The position numbers and the translations under genes were made by a program. 64,000 nucleotides of DNA, from NCBI RefSeq assembly GCF_964204645.1, contig NC_134026.1, positions 14,294,150 through 14,358,149 on the forward strand, given 5' to 3'. Shown in pieces: positions 38,790 through 51,889 of this stretch (the first letter of the stretch is position 1; each line of letters opens with the position of its first letter). This DNA is from Tubulanus polymorphus (Eukaryota; Animalia; Nemertea). The notes below the pieces were generated by a model, which was not told the DNA's origin, did not search any database, and worked only from the letters and a program-made list of their open reading frames with translations.

Positions 38790-40790
38790 AATCAAACAGC
38801 TATGTCATAAAATTGAAGAAATCAATAATGAAATAGAAAGATTAAATTTAAATAGATCAAAAGATGTTGCTAAAATACCAACTTATAAATTTAAAATGTT
38901 AGCTAAAACATCTGAGAATTATATATCTTTCCAATTTGGATGTCTAAGATTTATAGATTCATATAGATTTTTAATTAGTTCAGTAGTTAATTTATCAAAA
39001 TCATTAGTTGATGATGAATTAGAAATATTAAAACAACACTATCCAAATAATGATGATTTTCAATTAATGAGATATAAAGGAGCAATTCCATATTCATTTT
39101 ATAAATCGCATTATGATTTCAATATAACTGAACTTACAAAAGAACAATTCTATGATGAATTAAGATCCGAATATGTTAAAGATGGAGTTTATGATAGAAC
39201 ATTGAATATTTGGAATCATTTTTCAATAAAAGATCATGGAGGTTTAGTAGATTTGTATTTGAAATCAAATGTATTATTATTAACTGATATATTTGAAAGG
39301 TTTAGAGATGTAAATCTAAAATATTTTAATGTTGATCCTTGCCACTGTTATTATTATCATTCTAGTTCAGGATTAATTTGGGATTGTGGTTTGAAATTTA
39401 CAGATATAAAAATGGATTTGTTAACAAATATAGATCAATTATTATTATTTGAAAAATGTATAAGAGGAGGAGTTTCAGGTGTTTGGGTGATAGATATTTC
39501 AATGTAAATGATAATCCTGGATATAAGTTATTATATATGGATGCAAATAATCTATATGGTTGGGCAATGATGGAACCACAACCTCATGGAGTATTTCAAA
39601 TAACTGAAATTTTACAGTATGAAACTAATGAAAAATTTCATTGGAAGAAAAGAATTCTAGATATTGGAGATGATTCAGATACTGGATACTTCTTTGTTGT
39701 AGACTTAGAATATCCTGAACATATTAAATTTAAATCAAGAAATATGTCTTACTGTCCCGAACATAAAACTGTAACATATGAAGAATTATCAAATTATCAA
39801 AAAAGAATTAAACCTGATAATCATATTCATACAGAAAAGTTAATGGTGACTCAGGAAGATAAATATAATTATATAGTACATTAGAGAATTTTAAAATTCT
39901 ATTTGAATCAAGGAATGATTCTTAAAAAAGTACACAGATATATTTCATTTAGCCAATCTAAATGGTTGGAAAATATATAGATTTTAACACCAAACAGAGA
40001 ACTAAAGCTAAAACTGATTTTGAGAAAGATTTCTTCAAACTAATGAAAAATGCATTCTATGGTACGACTTGTGAAAATATTAGAAATAGAAATGATATTG
40101 AGTTAGTTAGTAATGGTAAAAGAATTAGACATTTACAAACATATCCTAAATCTATAATTGGTAACAGAATATTTGATGAAAATGTAGCTGCTGTTAAAAT
40201 GAGGAGAACAAGTATGACATTTAATAAACCAATTTATGTTGGAGCATCAGTTTTAGAAATATCAAAATTATTAATGTATGAATTTTACTATAACGTATTA
40301 CAACCTCATTTTGGAGAAAAACAAATAGAAATCTTATATTTTGATACTGACAGTTACATTTTAAAGATAAAAACTAATAATATAACAGATGATTTGAAAA
40401 CATTAAAACATCATTTTGACTTAAGTAACTATCCAAAAGATCATGAATTGTTTAGTAACGAAAATCAAAAGGTCCCTGGTAAATTTAAAGATGAATTAAG
40501 TGGTGAAGAAATGATAGAGTTCATAGGTATTAGATCTAAAATGTATATATAGTTATAGAACTAAACATGAATCAAAGAATTTGAAAGGAATTACCAAAAG
40601 CCTTGTTGAAAAAAATATTCATTTTAAAGATTACATCAATTGTATATTCAATGAAGAAGTTAGAAAACATAAGATGAAATGTTTAAGGTCTGAGGACGAC
40701 CACGAATGTTTATTGAAGAGATAGAAAAGGTTAGTTTGAACCCATTTGATGATACAAGATATATTCTGGATGACGGAATTCATGTAGTCG
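38790..40790 (+). pseudogene. AT-rich Maverick pPolB, exonuclease/polymerase half; intein-free allele
   Basis: LRFIDSYRFL, KGAIPY, LLLTDIFE, IRGGVS, YMDANNLYGWAM, FFKLMKNAFYG, KPIYVG, LYFDTDSYILKIKT, PGKFKDE, LNPFDD.RYI. Confidence 0.92.
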
Positions 40791-40899
40791 TGTATTGTTG
40801 ATGGATACTTAAAATTCATAAGAGAAGAAACAAAAGAGAATGAGATAATTAAAAGAATTATTACATGTAAATCAATTTTAGTAAAAATATGTATAATAA

Positions 40900-41551
40900 A
40901 TGAGCCCAGAAAAATCACAAACTATAAATATTACAAACAATACTGGTGTTATAAATATATATCAGAAGACATGTTGCAAATGTAAAATAAGTAAGCCATT
41001 TACAGATTATTATAAACGTAAGATTGGTGAAGATGGTTTACGACATAATTGTAAATCTTGTATTTAACTAAATACTAGGCAATATCGAGCAGATAATAGA
41101 GAGCATTATAATGATTTTATGACAGAATATATGAGAGAAAGATATCAAATAGATTTTAATCTTAAATTGAAACAATGTTTAAGAACTAGATTAACACAAT
41201 TATTCAGTAAAGAAAAGCATTCAGTTAAGCTATCAAATTTGTTGTTCAGAGGAATTCTTAAAATCGTGGATTGTATATCAGTTTGACGATAAAATGAATA
41301 TAGATAATTACGCTGATTATTTTCAAATAGACCACGTGTTACCAATATCGAAATTCAACATGAACGATGAATACAATCATAAGTTAATATGGAATGGGAA
41401 GAACCTGAGACCTTTAGAAAAACTAGAAAATATTAGGAAGAGAAATAAACTAGATTTACAGTTATATTTGGATCAGCTGTGTAAAGCAAAGACATTTGTT
41501 GAATTATGGAATAGTTCAACAGAGGATGAAAAATACATTGAATCTTTATAA
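40900..41551 (+). pseudogene. HNH-type endonuclease, copy 2, directly downstream of pPolB
   Basis: KTCCKC...CKSC; FQIDHVLPISKF...NLRPLEKLEN. Confidence 0.75.
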
Positions 41552-42230
41552 ACGCTTAGAATAAGAGCCTGATAACGCTGGTCTATATAACTGCCTGTAT
41601 ACAATTGTATAGCTATAGTTAGTTTACAACACGCAGCATGCATTCAATTGTAATTAATCAATTTCATTATAAAAATTACACCTGTTACCATCGAGGCAGA
41701 CAGTGTTTGGCTAGTTGGCAGTTAGAAATTCAGCACGCCTAAGCATAGGACGCATAGGATTTCTCTCTCCAAACAGAATAAGGAGTTACAGTTTACAGTT
41801 CTAAATGTAACTACCGTTTTTGTTGTTATTAAGACGTCGGGAAAGGTGTTACTTTATGTGTTTAAGTGCAGCTTCAGGTTCAATTTTCAGCTTCAGGATG
41901 TAATATCGAGAATCCGAAATGACATGTCTGGACAATTTAATTGCTCCTATAGATAGACAAAAGTAGTGTGATATTGAATCCTAATTTAAATAAAAAGTAT
42001 TAAAAATTACATATCTTTAACTAGCTAGTGAATTCTTTTATATTTTTAATATTTTCTTGTGCAATTCTAATAAACAATAGATTAAATAGATTTTGATAAG
42101 AATTGAATAAAAATTACATAACTTCAAATAGCTAGTATTCTTAGTGTTAACACTAGTATTAACCCAAAGAGTTACTAGTATCATTTGAAGAATAAGAATA
42201 ATATTTTTTAAAACTTTTTTGCTAAAATAA

Positions 42231-43127
42231 ATGTCAAAGAAATCGAATAAGAATAATATTGATATTGAAAAAACATTAGATGATTTGGGATTAACCGAAG
42301 CTAAAATAGAAAATAATAATGATAATGCAGCAACTAATTGTATTCAAAATAATAATATTGATTATGGATACTATTTATATTGTAAGCATCATCTTGAGTT
42401 ACTAATTTCTAGTGGTAAATGCAAAGAATTCATAAGTATAACATTTCAAGAACTAGATGGCATGAAACCAGAAAAAGTAATCAGACATTTCAAAATATAT
42501 GAAGAAGCTAGATTTGCTCGAATAAATGATTATATTAGTGATGGTATTATAAAATGTTATTCTAAGTTATGTAACCGTATAATACCAATTGATGATGAAA
42601 ATGACTACTTAGTTATAACAGAATTACAAAAATGGGTTGGATATGCTTCATATCAATTAGGTTCGATTATGACATTAATTTCTACTGGTGTAATAACATT
42701 TTCTAATATCAAACCTATAGTATATAAATCAGATGATATCGAAACAGATCTTAAATCAGAACAAAAATTAACTAAAATAAATGAATGATGATACTAAGAA
42801 GAAGCCTAGATCTGAAAAAAAATACAGTGGGCAAAAGAATTAGGTAAAAGATCTTCCGAGTTAAAAAAAGCTAAGAAAAAGAAATTAACTGATATGAATG
42901 AATCACCTGATATTAATTCAAATGATGATTTATCTAATGCTTCTTATACTAGGAGAAATAATTACTTATATATTACAATTGGGTTAATCACAGTTATTAT
43001 ATTCTCTGGTGTAATATATAAATATAAATTCGAATCTAATAATGATGAAAATGATAATGATGATAGTAGTGATGATTATATACCTGTTATACACGAAAAT
43101 AAATCTAAATTATTATTAATGGATTAA
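42231..43127 (+). CDS. Maverick hypothetical gene pair, copy 2
   Basis: Paralogous to 35615-36396 (FKIYEEAR, ELQKWVGYAS, YLYITIGLIT). Confidence 0.65.
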
Positions 43128-43133
43128 AATTAG

Positions 43134-43900
43134 ATGAAAAAAGAACAATATTTAAGAGATTTATATTATAACCCAGAGAGTGAAGTATCATATTCTAGTG
43201 TTTCAGAATTATGGGATAGAATTAAATCTGATAAAGAAAATATAAAATATAGTGAATTAAGATTATGGTTACAAAATCAACCAACATATCAAATCCATAA
43301 AAAAATGGATAAAAATTATTTAACAAGAAAAGTTATGGTTTCATATATTGATCAACAATGGCAAGCAGATTTAATCGATATAAAGAACTTAGAAGAATAC
43401 AATAAAGGATATTTTTGGATATTAAATGTTATAGATATATTCAGTAGATACGCATGGTCAATTCCAATCAAAAACAAAACTGGTAACAAAAGCTTTTAAA
43501 GATATATTTAAAGAGGCTATTCCAGGTAAGATACAATTTGATGAAGGTAAAGAATTTGATTATAAAATTTAAAAAAATCATTATTTGATAACGATGTAGA
43601 GTATTTTTCAACACACTCAGATAAAAAAGCATCTATCATAGAAAGATTCAATAAAACATTGAAAACTAGAATGTGGAAATATTTTACTGCAAATGAAACA
43701 TATAAATATATCGATGTATTAGATGATTTAGTGAAAGGTTATGATAATTCTAAACATTCAAGTATTGGTATGAAACCTATACAAGCTAGCAAAGAAGAAA
43801 ATTCAGAAATAGTTTGGAATAATTTATATGGAGCATTTGTAACACATGATTTTGGAGAACCTAAATTTAAAATTGGGCAAGATGTAAGAATATCTAAATA
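43134..43900 (+). pseudogene. Maverick/Polinton retroviral-like (rve) integrase
   Basis: LYYNP, WQADLID, IDIFSRYAW..PIKNKTG, QFDEGKEF, KASIIERFNKTLKTRMWKYF, YDNSKHSSIGMKP, KFKIGQDVRISK. Confidence 0.93.
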
Positions 43901-43924
43901 TATTAAAAAATATTATTTACATCT

Positions 43925-44615
43925 TATAACTAATTCTTAAATAACAAGAATTATTATCTAAATCAATTAGATATCCATTATGATTTCAAATTCAAATTTA
44001 GAATTATTAAATCGTGGAGTACAAGGTTTAAAATCACATTCTGATAAATTTTAATGTTTTTGTGTTCCAAATTGTTTTACATTTCTAATGGTAAAATATT
44101 TAATAAACTAGAATTAACAGTTTTAATTTTATTTGCTTCATATGTTTTTAAAGGTTCAATTAAATTGCAATAAATATTAAAATGTGTAAAAGGCTTTATA
44201 TTTGTTAAGGTATCAACATTTGAATATAGTCTATCCGGGCTAATTCCAAACGGTTTAGCTAAAAGTTTTTTTTTATCATTAATGTGTGCTGTTCGTCAAT
44301 AGATAACCGCATCCTTATTTTATTAGAAAAATCACTTTTATTAAATCTAATTTCAAATTCAGCAGATTCTCCCATTTTTGAACGAGCTCTTTTATTAATT
44401 TCTTGCGCTAATGAATCTAAATTATATAATCCTGGTTCAAGAAATAGACGATACCATTTACCCAAATTTCTAACATAAATTATAAAAGCCAAATGATCAA
44501 GACTTTTATTCGAAATATTATAACACGAATTACATAAACTAATATTTACCAATTTTAAATCTACACGATTTCTAAATTCTCTATCTAATTGTATTAGTGA
44601 AAATCTATATCTTGG
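43925..44615 (-). pseudogene. Polinton minor capsid protein (penton-like), copy 1
   Basis: ISLCNSCYNI, PGLYNL, HFNIYCNLI, and a C-terminal NGYLIDL-type motif. Paralogue at 52495-53239. Confidence 0.65.
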
Positions 44616-45206
44616 TGTCCTTTTTCATTCTTACCTTAATATGTGAAATAGAAATCACCAGAACATAGTTCTTCAATATCTTCACTAGATAATCTATGAA
44701 ATCTAGTAAAATCTAGTATATCTAGTAAATACGTTCTGAATTTATGGTTATTAATTATTAATTATTAACTAATTTATCACCATATCTATTAGTTGTTTCA
44801 ATATTTGTTATTAAATATTTCTTATGAATTGTAGTTCTGTTTACTTTTAAAATTTATAACCTACAGATTTGGCATTTGTAATATCTTTAATTCTAGCTAG
44901 AAATGATTTGTTGTTGTCACTGTGTACTTGTTTACTGTGCATTTATTATACAAATCTTTTATTGAAATCGATTTTTAATATGCCAAATTTCATAAATATA
45001 ATATTCATAAATATGAAATTATTAGATTAAGTGTAATAAATGTTGTTTCAGATCGAAGGTTGAAATGTTGAGTGAATAGAAATAAAAATAAATTCGAGCT
45101 TGCGAGAATTTATTTCTATTTTTATGAGGTCGATCTTTCGACCTTTGATTTGAAACAACTATTATACACTAACTCGTATTATTAAATACTTATTTTATAT
45201 TTTCAG

Positions 45207-45610
45207 CAAATATGGGACTGCAAAATATGCGGTTTTAGCTTTGCTAACCAGCAAACGCTGATACGACACGTGGGTTCCAACTTTAGGACTTCTGATAGTC
45301 AATGTGGCACGTGTGGCAAGGTTTTTGCGCGCAAAGATTATTACAAGCGGCACGCTAAAACGTGTAAGATATACGCTGTCCAACACGTAGTATCGCGGTC
45401 TGTACTACCGGATACATCGGAGGCTAAACCGGTAAGTTTTGAAATTATGGGTTATAAAGAAAAACCGTCATATATTCTACAGATTCAATGTATTTGTCTA
45501 TTGAAGGGGTCTGAGTGCATCAAATGCGGCAAAGTGTTGGACGCGCAGACAACATGCGTCGACACGCCAAAACGTGTAAAAAACTCGTTGAACTACCACG
45601 TGTAAACCCT
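45207..45610 (+). pseudogene. Spliced C2H2/C2HC zinc-finger gene fragment (exon 45207-45431, intron 45432-45506, exon from 45507)
   Basis: TTTCAG acceptor; WDCKICGFSFANQQTLIRH and CGTCGKVFARKDYYKRHAKTC; GTAAGT...AG phase-0 intron; CIKCGKV.GRADNMRRHAKTC with a 1-bp frameshift. Confidence 0.6.
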
Positions 45611-45639
45611 CTACCGTGTGGTAACTCTTCTACAACCTG

Positions 45640-45793
45640 GGCCAAATTCGTATTGGGTCGACTAGTGGTCGGAACTCATAACCGAATGCGCTTGATTTTC
45701 GAACTTTTTCTCCGTAATATAGTTCCGACTAACGGACATTCGGTTTCGTTTGGTTCGACTATAGTCGACTAACTCAGATAACCGAAGGTGGCC
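45640..45793. mobile_element. Small MITE, PIF/Harbinger-like
   Basis: Imperfect TIRs GGCCAAATTCG / CGAAGGTGGCC flanked by CTG on both sides. Confidence 0.5.
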
Positions 45794-46159
45794 CTGATTG
45801 TCACCTCGTTCACCCCGGGACGTCTAACTCTGTAAATAATCGAAATCGAAACTATTTGCTAAAAACCCGTTATTCATGTTTGATATAATCCGAGTATTTA
45901 TCTATTTTTATAGCATTCTTGCGACATATGCGGTTAAACGTTATCTCGCACAACGTGTCAGCCTAGACGTCGGCCCTGCCACAACCGCCACCACAACCAC
46001 CCATCGAAGCGTCCTTTTAACAATATTGATAATGAGGAAGAAGTTACACGTTCGAAGCGCCCTCACTTTGAAAACCCCGATGAAATAATAAGGGGCAATA
46101 TTAAACTGGAGTAAGTAATCGAATACAGCAAACTCGAATAACATATACATTGACGAGCA

Positions 46160-47135
46160 GTGAAACTTGGTTATAAGATATTTGATATATATGAGATTTG
46201 GAATTGGGAGACTAATGAACCGGATTTATTCGAGGATCATATAGGAAAATTCCTCAATGTTAAAACTGAAGCTAGTGGTGTGCCGGCTAAGGATATGTTG
46301 CGTAAACAGAAGGATAAATTCATTTCCGATTATTTCCGGTAATCCAGCTCGAAGAAGATAACATTAAAAAAGCCAAGGGGATGCGAACTGTCGCGAAACT
46401 TTTGAATTCAATGTGGTGTAAACTCGGTCAGGATGAAAATAAGACGATGGCAAAATTTATTTCGGACCCCGGGGAATTATATAGAATGCTTTTGGATGAA
46501 ACTTTAGAGATAAGCGATCTGTTGTTGTGTAATGACGAGGTGCTGCGCGCGCATTACAAAAAACGCGAAGAATTTGTCGGATCGAAAAATTAAACCAGCG
46601 TCGCTTTAGCAGCATTAACAACCGCTCATGCACGACTTATTCTTTTTAGTAACATGGAGAAATTAGGGGAACGAACCCTTTACACAGATACCGACTCCAT
46701 TATTTGTAGCGTGAAACCTGGTGAATTGAATCCGCCGACCAGGAATTATTTGGGTGAAATGACCGATGAATTGGTAGATAAATACGGTGAGGGGGCTTTC
46801 ATTTTTAGAATTAGTTTCGGCTGGACCCAAAAATTATGCGTATCGAGTATTTAGTCCTAGGGATAATGGATTTTTGACTGAATGTAAGGTTAAAGGGATA
46901 AGTTTGAATTTTCGAAACAAACAAATTGTAAACTTTGGTTCCATGTTTGATATAATTTTTGAAGAAAAGTACGACCATCTTTAAATATTAAAAAACCCAG
47001 ACAAAATTAATAGAAAGATCAAGGACTGCTCTATTTACAATTAAGACGAACGCAAAATATATCGCGCCGTTTATACTAAACGAGCTTTCGATCCCGCAGA
47101 TCAGTATAACACACTTCCGTATACGGATATTAATA
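46160..47135 (+). pseudogene. pPolB C-terminal fragment from a different Polinton lineage (KxEASG type)
   Basis: GYKIFDIYEIWNW, FLNVKTEASG, MRTVAKLLNSMWCKLGQ, TTAHARL, LYTDTDSII, YLGEMTDEL, SAGPKNYAYR, CKVKGISLN. Confidence 0.88.
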
Positions 47136-47399
47136 TAGCAAATAGCACCCAGTATTTGATTAATTATTTATTTATACTATTCATTGCGTATTAATTGTGT
47201 ATTTTATCTTATTCATTCTATTCATTCCTAATAAAACGAAAGATTTATGAAACCGTTAGTTTTTTTATTTGTGGTTTCTTTGTCGCGAATTCACCAGTAC
47301 TCGTGATTTCTTGGAAAGAAAGCGCCATCTTCGAATCATTACGTACATTTTCAGATTTTGCTACTGAATTTAGATCTTGACAGTTAGATATCCATTCTC

Positions 47400-48650
47400 T
47401 TAAATTAAACCTTCTCTTGATAAGATTGACCTAATGATTATGCTCTATTAACCTAAGTACGTCATCACATCCGGAAATGATATTATCCACGTACAAACTT
47501 CGAGTGATGTCAATAGCTATTTCAATTCCAAAGTGTTTTAAGTGATATTTAAAAGTAGCATTCAATATGAAAGGGAAACTCTTCGCTCCAATAAACACGA
47601 AATCTGTAGACTATTTTGATCTTGAAAGCGACTATTTCGAAATGAAATGGAAGTTGCTGGTCGCTATCTAATTCATTTGCGGCGATACCGATCGATTCTA
47701 AGCTCAGAAACTTTTCATGTTCTATTTCTTCCTTCACATGGGAAGCATAAGTGGCCAATACAAAGCTCCTACCATCAGAAACGCGTGATCGTGACGCAGG
47801 CCAAGATAACGTATATCCTAATTTCGAATTCACCGCGGTTAGGCCAGGACCACGAATTACGTCATCACTCACATATTACCAAAAATAGTCCGCACCTATC
47901 ACAATTCAAACTTCGAAATACCGTGAGTCCACTGGTGCAGCTCAGCGTACGTCACGTAAATGAGGACAGATAAGTGCGTTCGAATTCATTCTATTGATGA
48001 TGAGAGAAGCAATTTCCGATAAAAAATAAAGCTCCAGACCGATGTGATCTCCATCTATTGTTGAAATATACAACTTCTCGACATCAATTTTTCGGCTTAA
48101 AGAACGATTTCCACCGAAACCGGCAACATTGTTAATTTCAGTCCTGACGATTTTAATCCTAACTTGTCAGCCAATTCTGTCGTTAGAATACCTTGTTGCC
48201 CTAACGTTAAATGATATATTAGCCGAAAAATGGATAGCGTTAATTGCTGTACATAAATTTGCGACAGCCGTTTTTGATGAAACTTGACCATACAACTAGC
48301 TATTATTGGTACCCGTGCTCGCTCGAAACTTTGAGATGTCCAACAAAGTTTCGTGAAACTGTGGGTTGCGATTATGCTTTCATATCAGCCGGTGACACAA
48401 AGTGACCCATAACGTGAATCAGTTTCAGAAATGTTTGGTTATTATTGCAAATTCCTGGAATTCGAATCTCCCTCTTTTCTACCAGTGCACTGACTGGTAT
48501 GGTGTTTTCATCAGTTAAAGTTAAACCATCCGCAACTTTCGTAGCATCGCCGAATATAACAGATCGCAAATAGTTTAACTTCTCTGCCCCTTATAGAAAC
48601 GAGTCTTGTTCGACAGCTGCAGAACAACTGTCCCAAAATGCGGGAAAATC
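47400..48650 (-). pseudogene. Highly degraded BEL/Pao gag-protease-RT fragment (element C)
   Basis: KLNYLRSVIFGDATKVADGLTLTDEN (DUF1759), GLTAVNSKLGYTLS, FLSLESIGI, and a remnant resembling SLYVD near 47490. Confidence 0.7.
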
Positions 48651-48669
48651 AACGATATCACCGGAGAAA

Positions 48670-49015
48670 TCAAAATGAAAAAATGTTTAAGATCTAAAGT
48701 ATCAAATTTATTCAGTGAAGATAAACACTCATACACACTATCTAGTTTATTGGATTGTACAGATGAATTTTTTAAATCATGGATTTTATATCAGTTCGAT
48801 GATGAAATGAATATAGATAATTATGGTGAATATTTTCATATAGATCACGTGTTACCGATATTTAAATTTGATATAAATGATGAATATAATAAGAAGTTAA
48901 TTTGAAATTGGCAGAATCTGAGGCCACTAAAAAGAATTGAAAATAAAATTAAACATAACCAACTAGATATGAAATTATATTTAGATCAGTTAGCAAAGGC
49001 AAAGAAAGTGGTTAG
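48670..49015 (+). pseudogene. HNH-type endonuclease, copy 3 (fragment)
   Basis: NYGEYFHIDHVLPIFKF...NWQNLRPL. Confidence 0.7.
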
Positions 49016-49412
49016 ATAATAATACATTTGTTGAAAATATAAATATATTGATTGAAAATTTAAAATACATTGTAATTCAAAAAGGGGGCCTCGAGTACTA
49101 ATGTATCAGATGCGTATCTAATACGTATTAATATGTAACTGATACATATAACGCATAACATGGTTCAAATAAAATAAAATAAAATCACGTACCTTCTACC
49201 GCAATTGTTTTTATTTTTATTTTATTCGAATTCTATTACTTATATTGTTAACTACAATACTTATTATAACAAATAGAATTAAACAACAAAACAATAACTT
49301 CAAATAGGTATTAAAATCTAATATTGATTACTTGATACTAGAATACTTTAACTTAACTAGCTGGTATTAAAATATTATAGTATTTATTTTATCGTTTTTT
49401 TTTCTAAAATAA

Positions 49413-50185
49413 ATGTCTAAGAAATCAAAGGATAATCTTACAATAGAAAGAACATTAGGTGAACTTGGCATAACTGATAATAAAGATACAGTAACTAATT
49501 GTATTCAAAATATAAATATTGATTATGAATACTATTAAACATGTAAGCACCATCTAGAATTATTAATTGCTAGTGGTAAGTGTAAATAATTCTTAAGTAA
49601 AATAATTTCTTTTCAAAAACTAGATGCTATGAAACCAGATAAAGTAATCAAACCTTCTAAAATATATGAAGAATCTAGATTAGCTAGAATAAATGATTCT
49701 ATTAGTGATGGTACTATGAATTGTTATTCTAAGTTATGTAACTGGGTGATACCAATAAATGATGAAAATTGATTATATACTAATTTTAAAAAGAAAATGA
49801 TAACTTAGTTATGACAGAATTACAAAATTGGGTTTAGTACGCATCATTCCAATTAGGATCGATTATGACAGTTATTTCACTGGAGTTATAACATTTTCTA
49901 TATATTAAACCTATAGGATGTAAAGAAAATAAATCAGATAATAATGAATCAGAACAAAAATTAACTAAATTAAATGAGTGTTGACATAAAGAAAAAACCT
50001 AGGTGTGAGAACCAAATTTAATGGGCGAAAGAGTTAGGTAGGAGATCTGCCGAGTTAAAAAGAGCTAGGAAAAATAAATTTTCTATTATAAATGAACCGC
50101 ATAATAATTCAAATAATAATTTAATTTATGAAATGCTTCTAATATTAGAAATAATTACTTATATATTACAATTGGATTAATTAAC
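49413..50185 (+). pseudogene. Maverick hypothetical gene pair, copy 3 (decayed)
   Basis: Colinear with 42231-42990. Confidence 0.65.
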
Positions 50186-50302
50186 ATACCATCATTATTA
50201 TTTCCCATTTCTCCCATTTCATAATCTTCTCCACCTTCTTCCATTTATATAATAAAAAAAATTAAAATTTAAAATATAATATTCCTCTTATTACAGGGGC
50301 TA

Positions 50303-51231
50303 TTATAGATTAGGGCCTATACAATAATTCATTCTAATATGTGATTTATCTAAATAATTTTGATATCTTACAATGTTTTCTGGAATCGATCTATTTTTAT
50401 CATTATGTATGGAATCTTCAAATAATACTTGGAATTGTTTCTGTGTATCGAATGAAGTGTTGTCATTTCCAATTATTGGTGATCTTGTTTCAACTTGCGC
50501 ACCTAGAATACATATCAAATAAGTTCTAATAGATTTATTTATTCTTTGTATGCCTGATTTTGTAAAACCTTCACTATTTTCTAAAATATAATTAATCCAA
50601 CCATTATTATTATCACTTTTATAATTATGATAAGCTCCAATTCTATGCATATAATCAATTCTTTTTATTTCATACTGTTCACCAATACCTTGCAATTTAC
50701 CATGCGCTCTAAAATAGGAATTAATATTTATATTAAATTCATTACATATTTTATTAAACTTAGATAGATTAATATTATTATCCAATTCTTTAAAATATTT
50801 AAAACCGGGTAAAGGACATTCTTATTCATTTAATATTATTCTGATTTGAAAATATGTTTAAAATCTAAATATTGTGTGAATTAATTTTGAATCAGAATAA
50901 TTCAAATTTTTATCTGAGTTATTTAAATGATCATTCCAACTTATACCACAACCAGTTGTTTCACAATAAACTGCTAAACCTAATTGATTCTGCCAATATT
51001 TCATATTAGATTTTACTTTATATATATGATATTCATCTCGAGTAAAAGTAACTTCATATGTATTAAATATATTTCCCATTTTAGAAATAAAAAACTGTGT
51101 TTCAGTAACATAAATTTCTAAATTATTTAATGAATTTAAAACTAAATTTTTACATGTAATATTTTTATTAAGATTGCAGGAATATTATATTTAATTGATT
51201 TATTATATTGGAAAGCTTTTGGAAACCCCAT
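50303..51231 (-). pseudogene. Conserved Maverick-associated protein of unknown function (WQNQL..A.YC.TTGCGIS family)
   Basis: MGFPKAFQYN..., NMKYWQNQLGLAVYCETTGCGISWNDHL, GFTKSGIQRINKSIRTYLICILGAQVETRS, recalled from invertebrate Polintons. Confidence 0.6.
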
Positions 51232-51247
51232 TTACATAATTAAAAAA

Positions 51248-51685
51248 TTAATAATTTATTAATTCTTTTAATAATTTCTCTTGTTCTTCAACTGTAATAT
51301 TACCATTTAAACTTATTATATAATCTAGTGTACTTTTTAATTTATTAATTTCTTTTATATTAGTTTTAATTTTTTCTTTATTACTTTTTATATTTAATTT
51401 TGAACTTATACCAGTTAAAACACTTGATGATAATCCTAGCACCCCAATTGATAAAGCTAAAGGTGTTAATGGACTGAATATTGCTAGAAATGTTATTACA
51501 GCGCTAGTTGTAACTGAACCACTTATAATAAAATAATATATAATTTTAGATTTTAAATATTTTTTCTTTTTAACTTTTAAATCATTTTCAAATTCTAACA
51601 TTTGTTTTTCCAAATATGTTTTTAATTTAGTTTTATTTTTTATACCATGAGGAATAATATTAACACCATCAATTTTATCATCCAT
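51248..51685 (-). CDS. Maverick two-TM-helix hypothetical protein
   Basis: Intact 145-aa ORF with coiled coil, two hydrophobic segments, coiled coil; TAAATG start. Confidence 0.65.
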   Translation of the reverse strand: MDDKIDGVNIIPHGIKNKTKLKTYLEKQMLEFENDLKVKKKKYLKSKIIYYFIISGSVTTSAVITFLAIFSPLTPLALSIGVLGLSSSVLTGISSKLNIKSNKEKIKTNIKEINKLKSTLDYIISLNGNITVEEQEKLLKELINY

Positions 51686-51889
51686 TTATTTAACAAAAAA
51701 AATACTAATTAGTAAATTTATATGCTACAAATATAACAATAACTGTTCCACCTAAAATCCAAATTATTTCATATTTATGTTGTTCTTTACTTGGGGTATA
51801 ATAATCTGATAATTTAGGTTTGTATAGATGTATTTTTTCTTTATTTGTTACTGCGTTATATAAACTCATTGCAACATCAAACGCATTTA

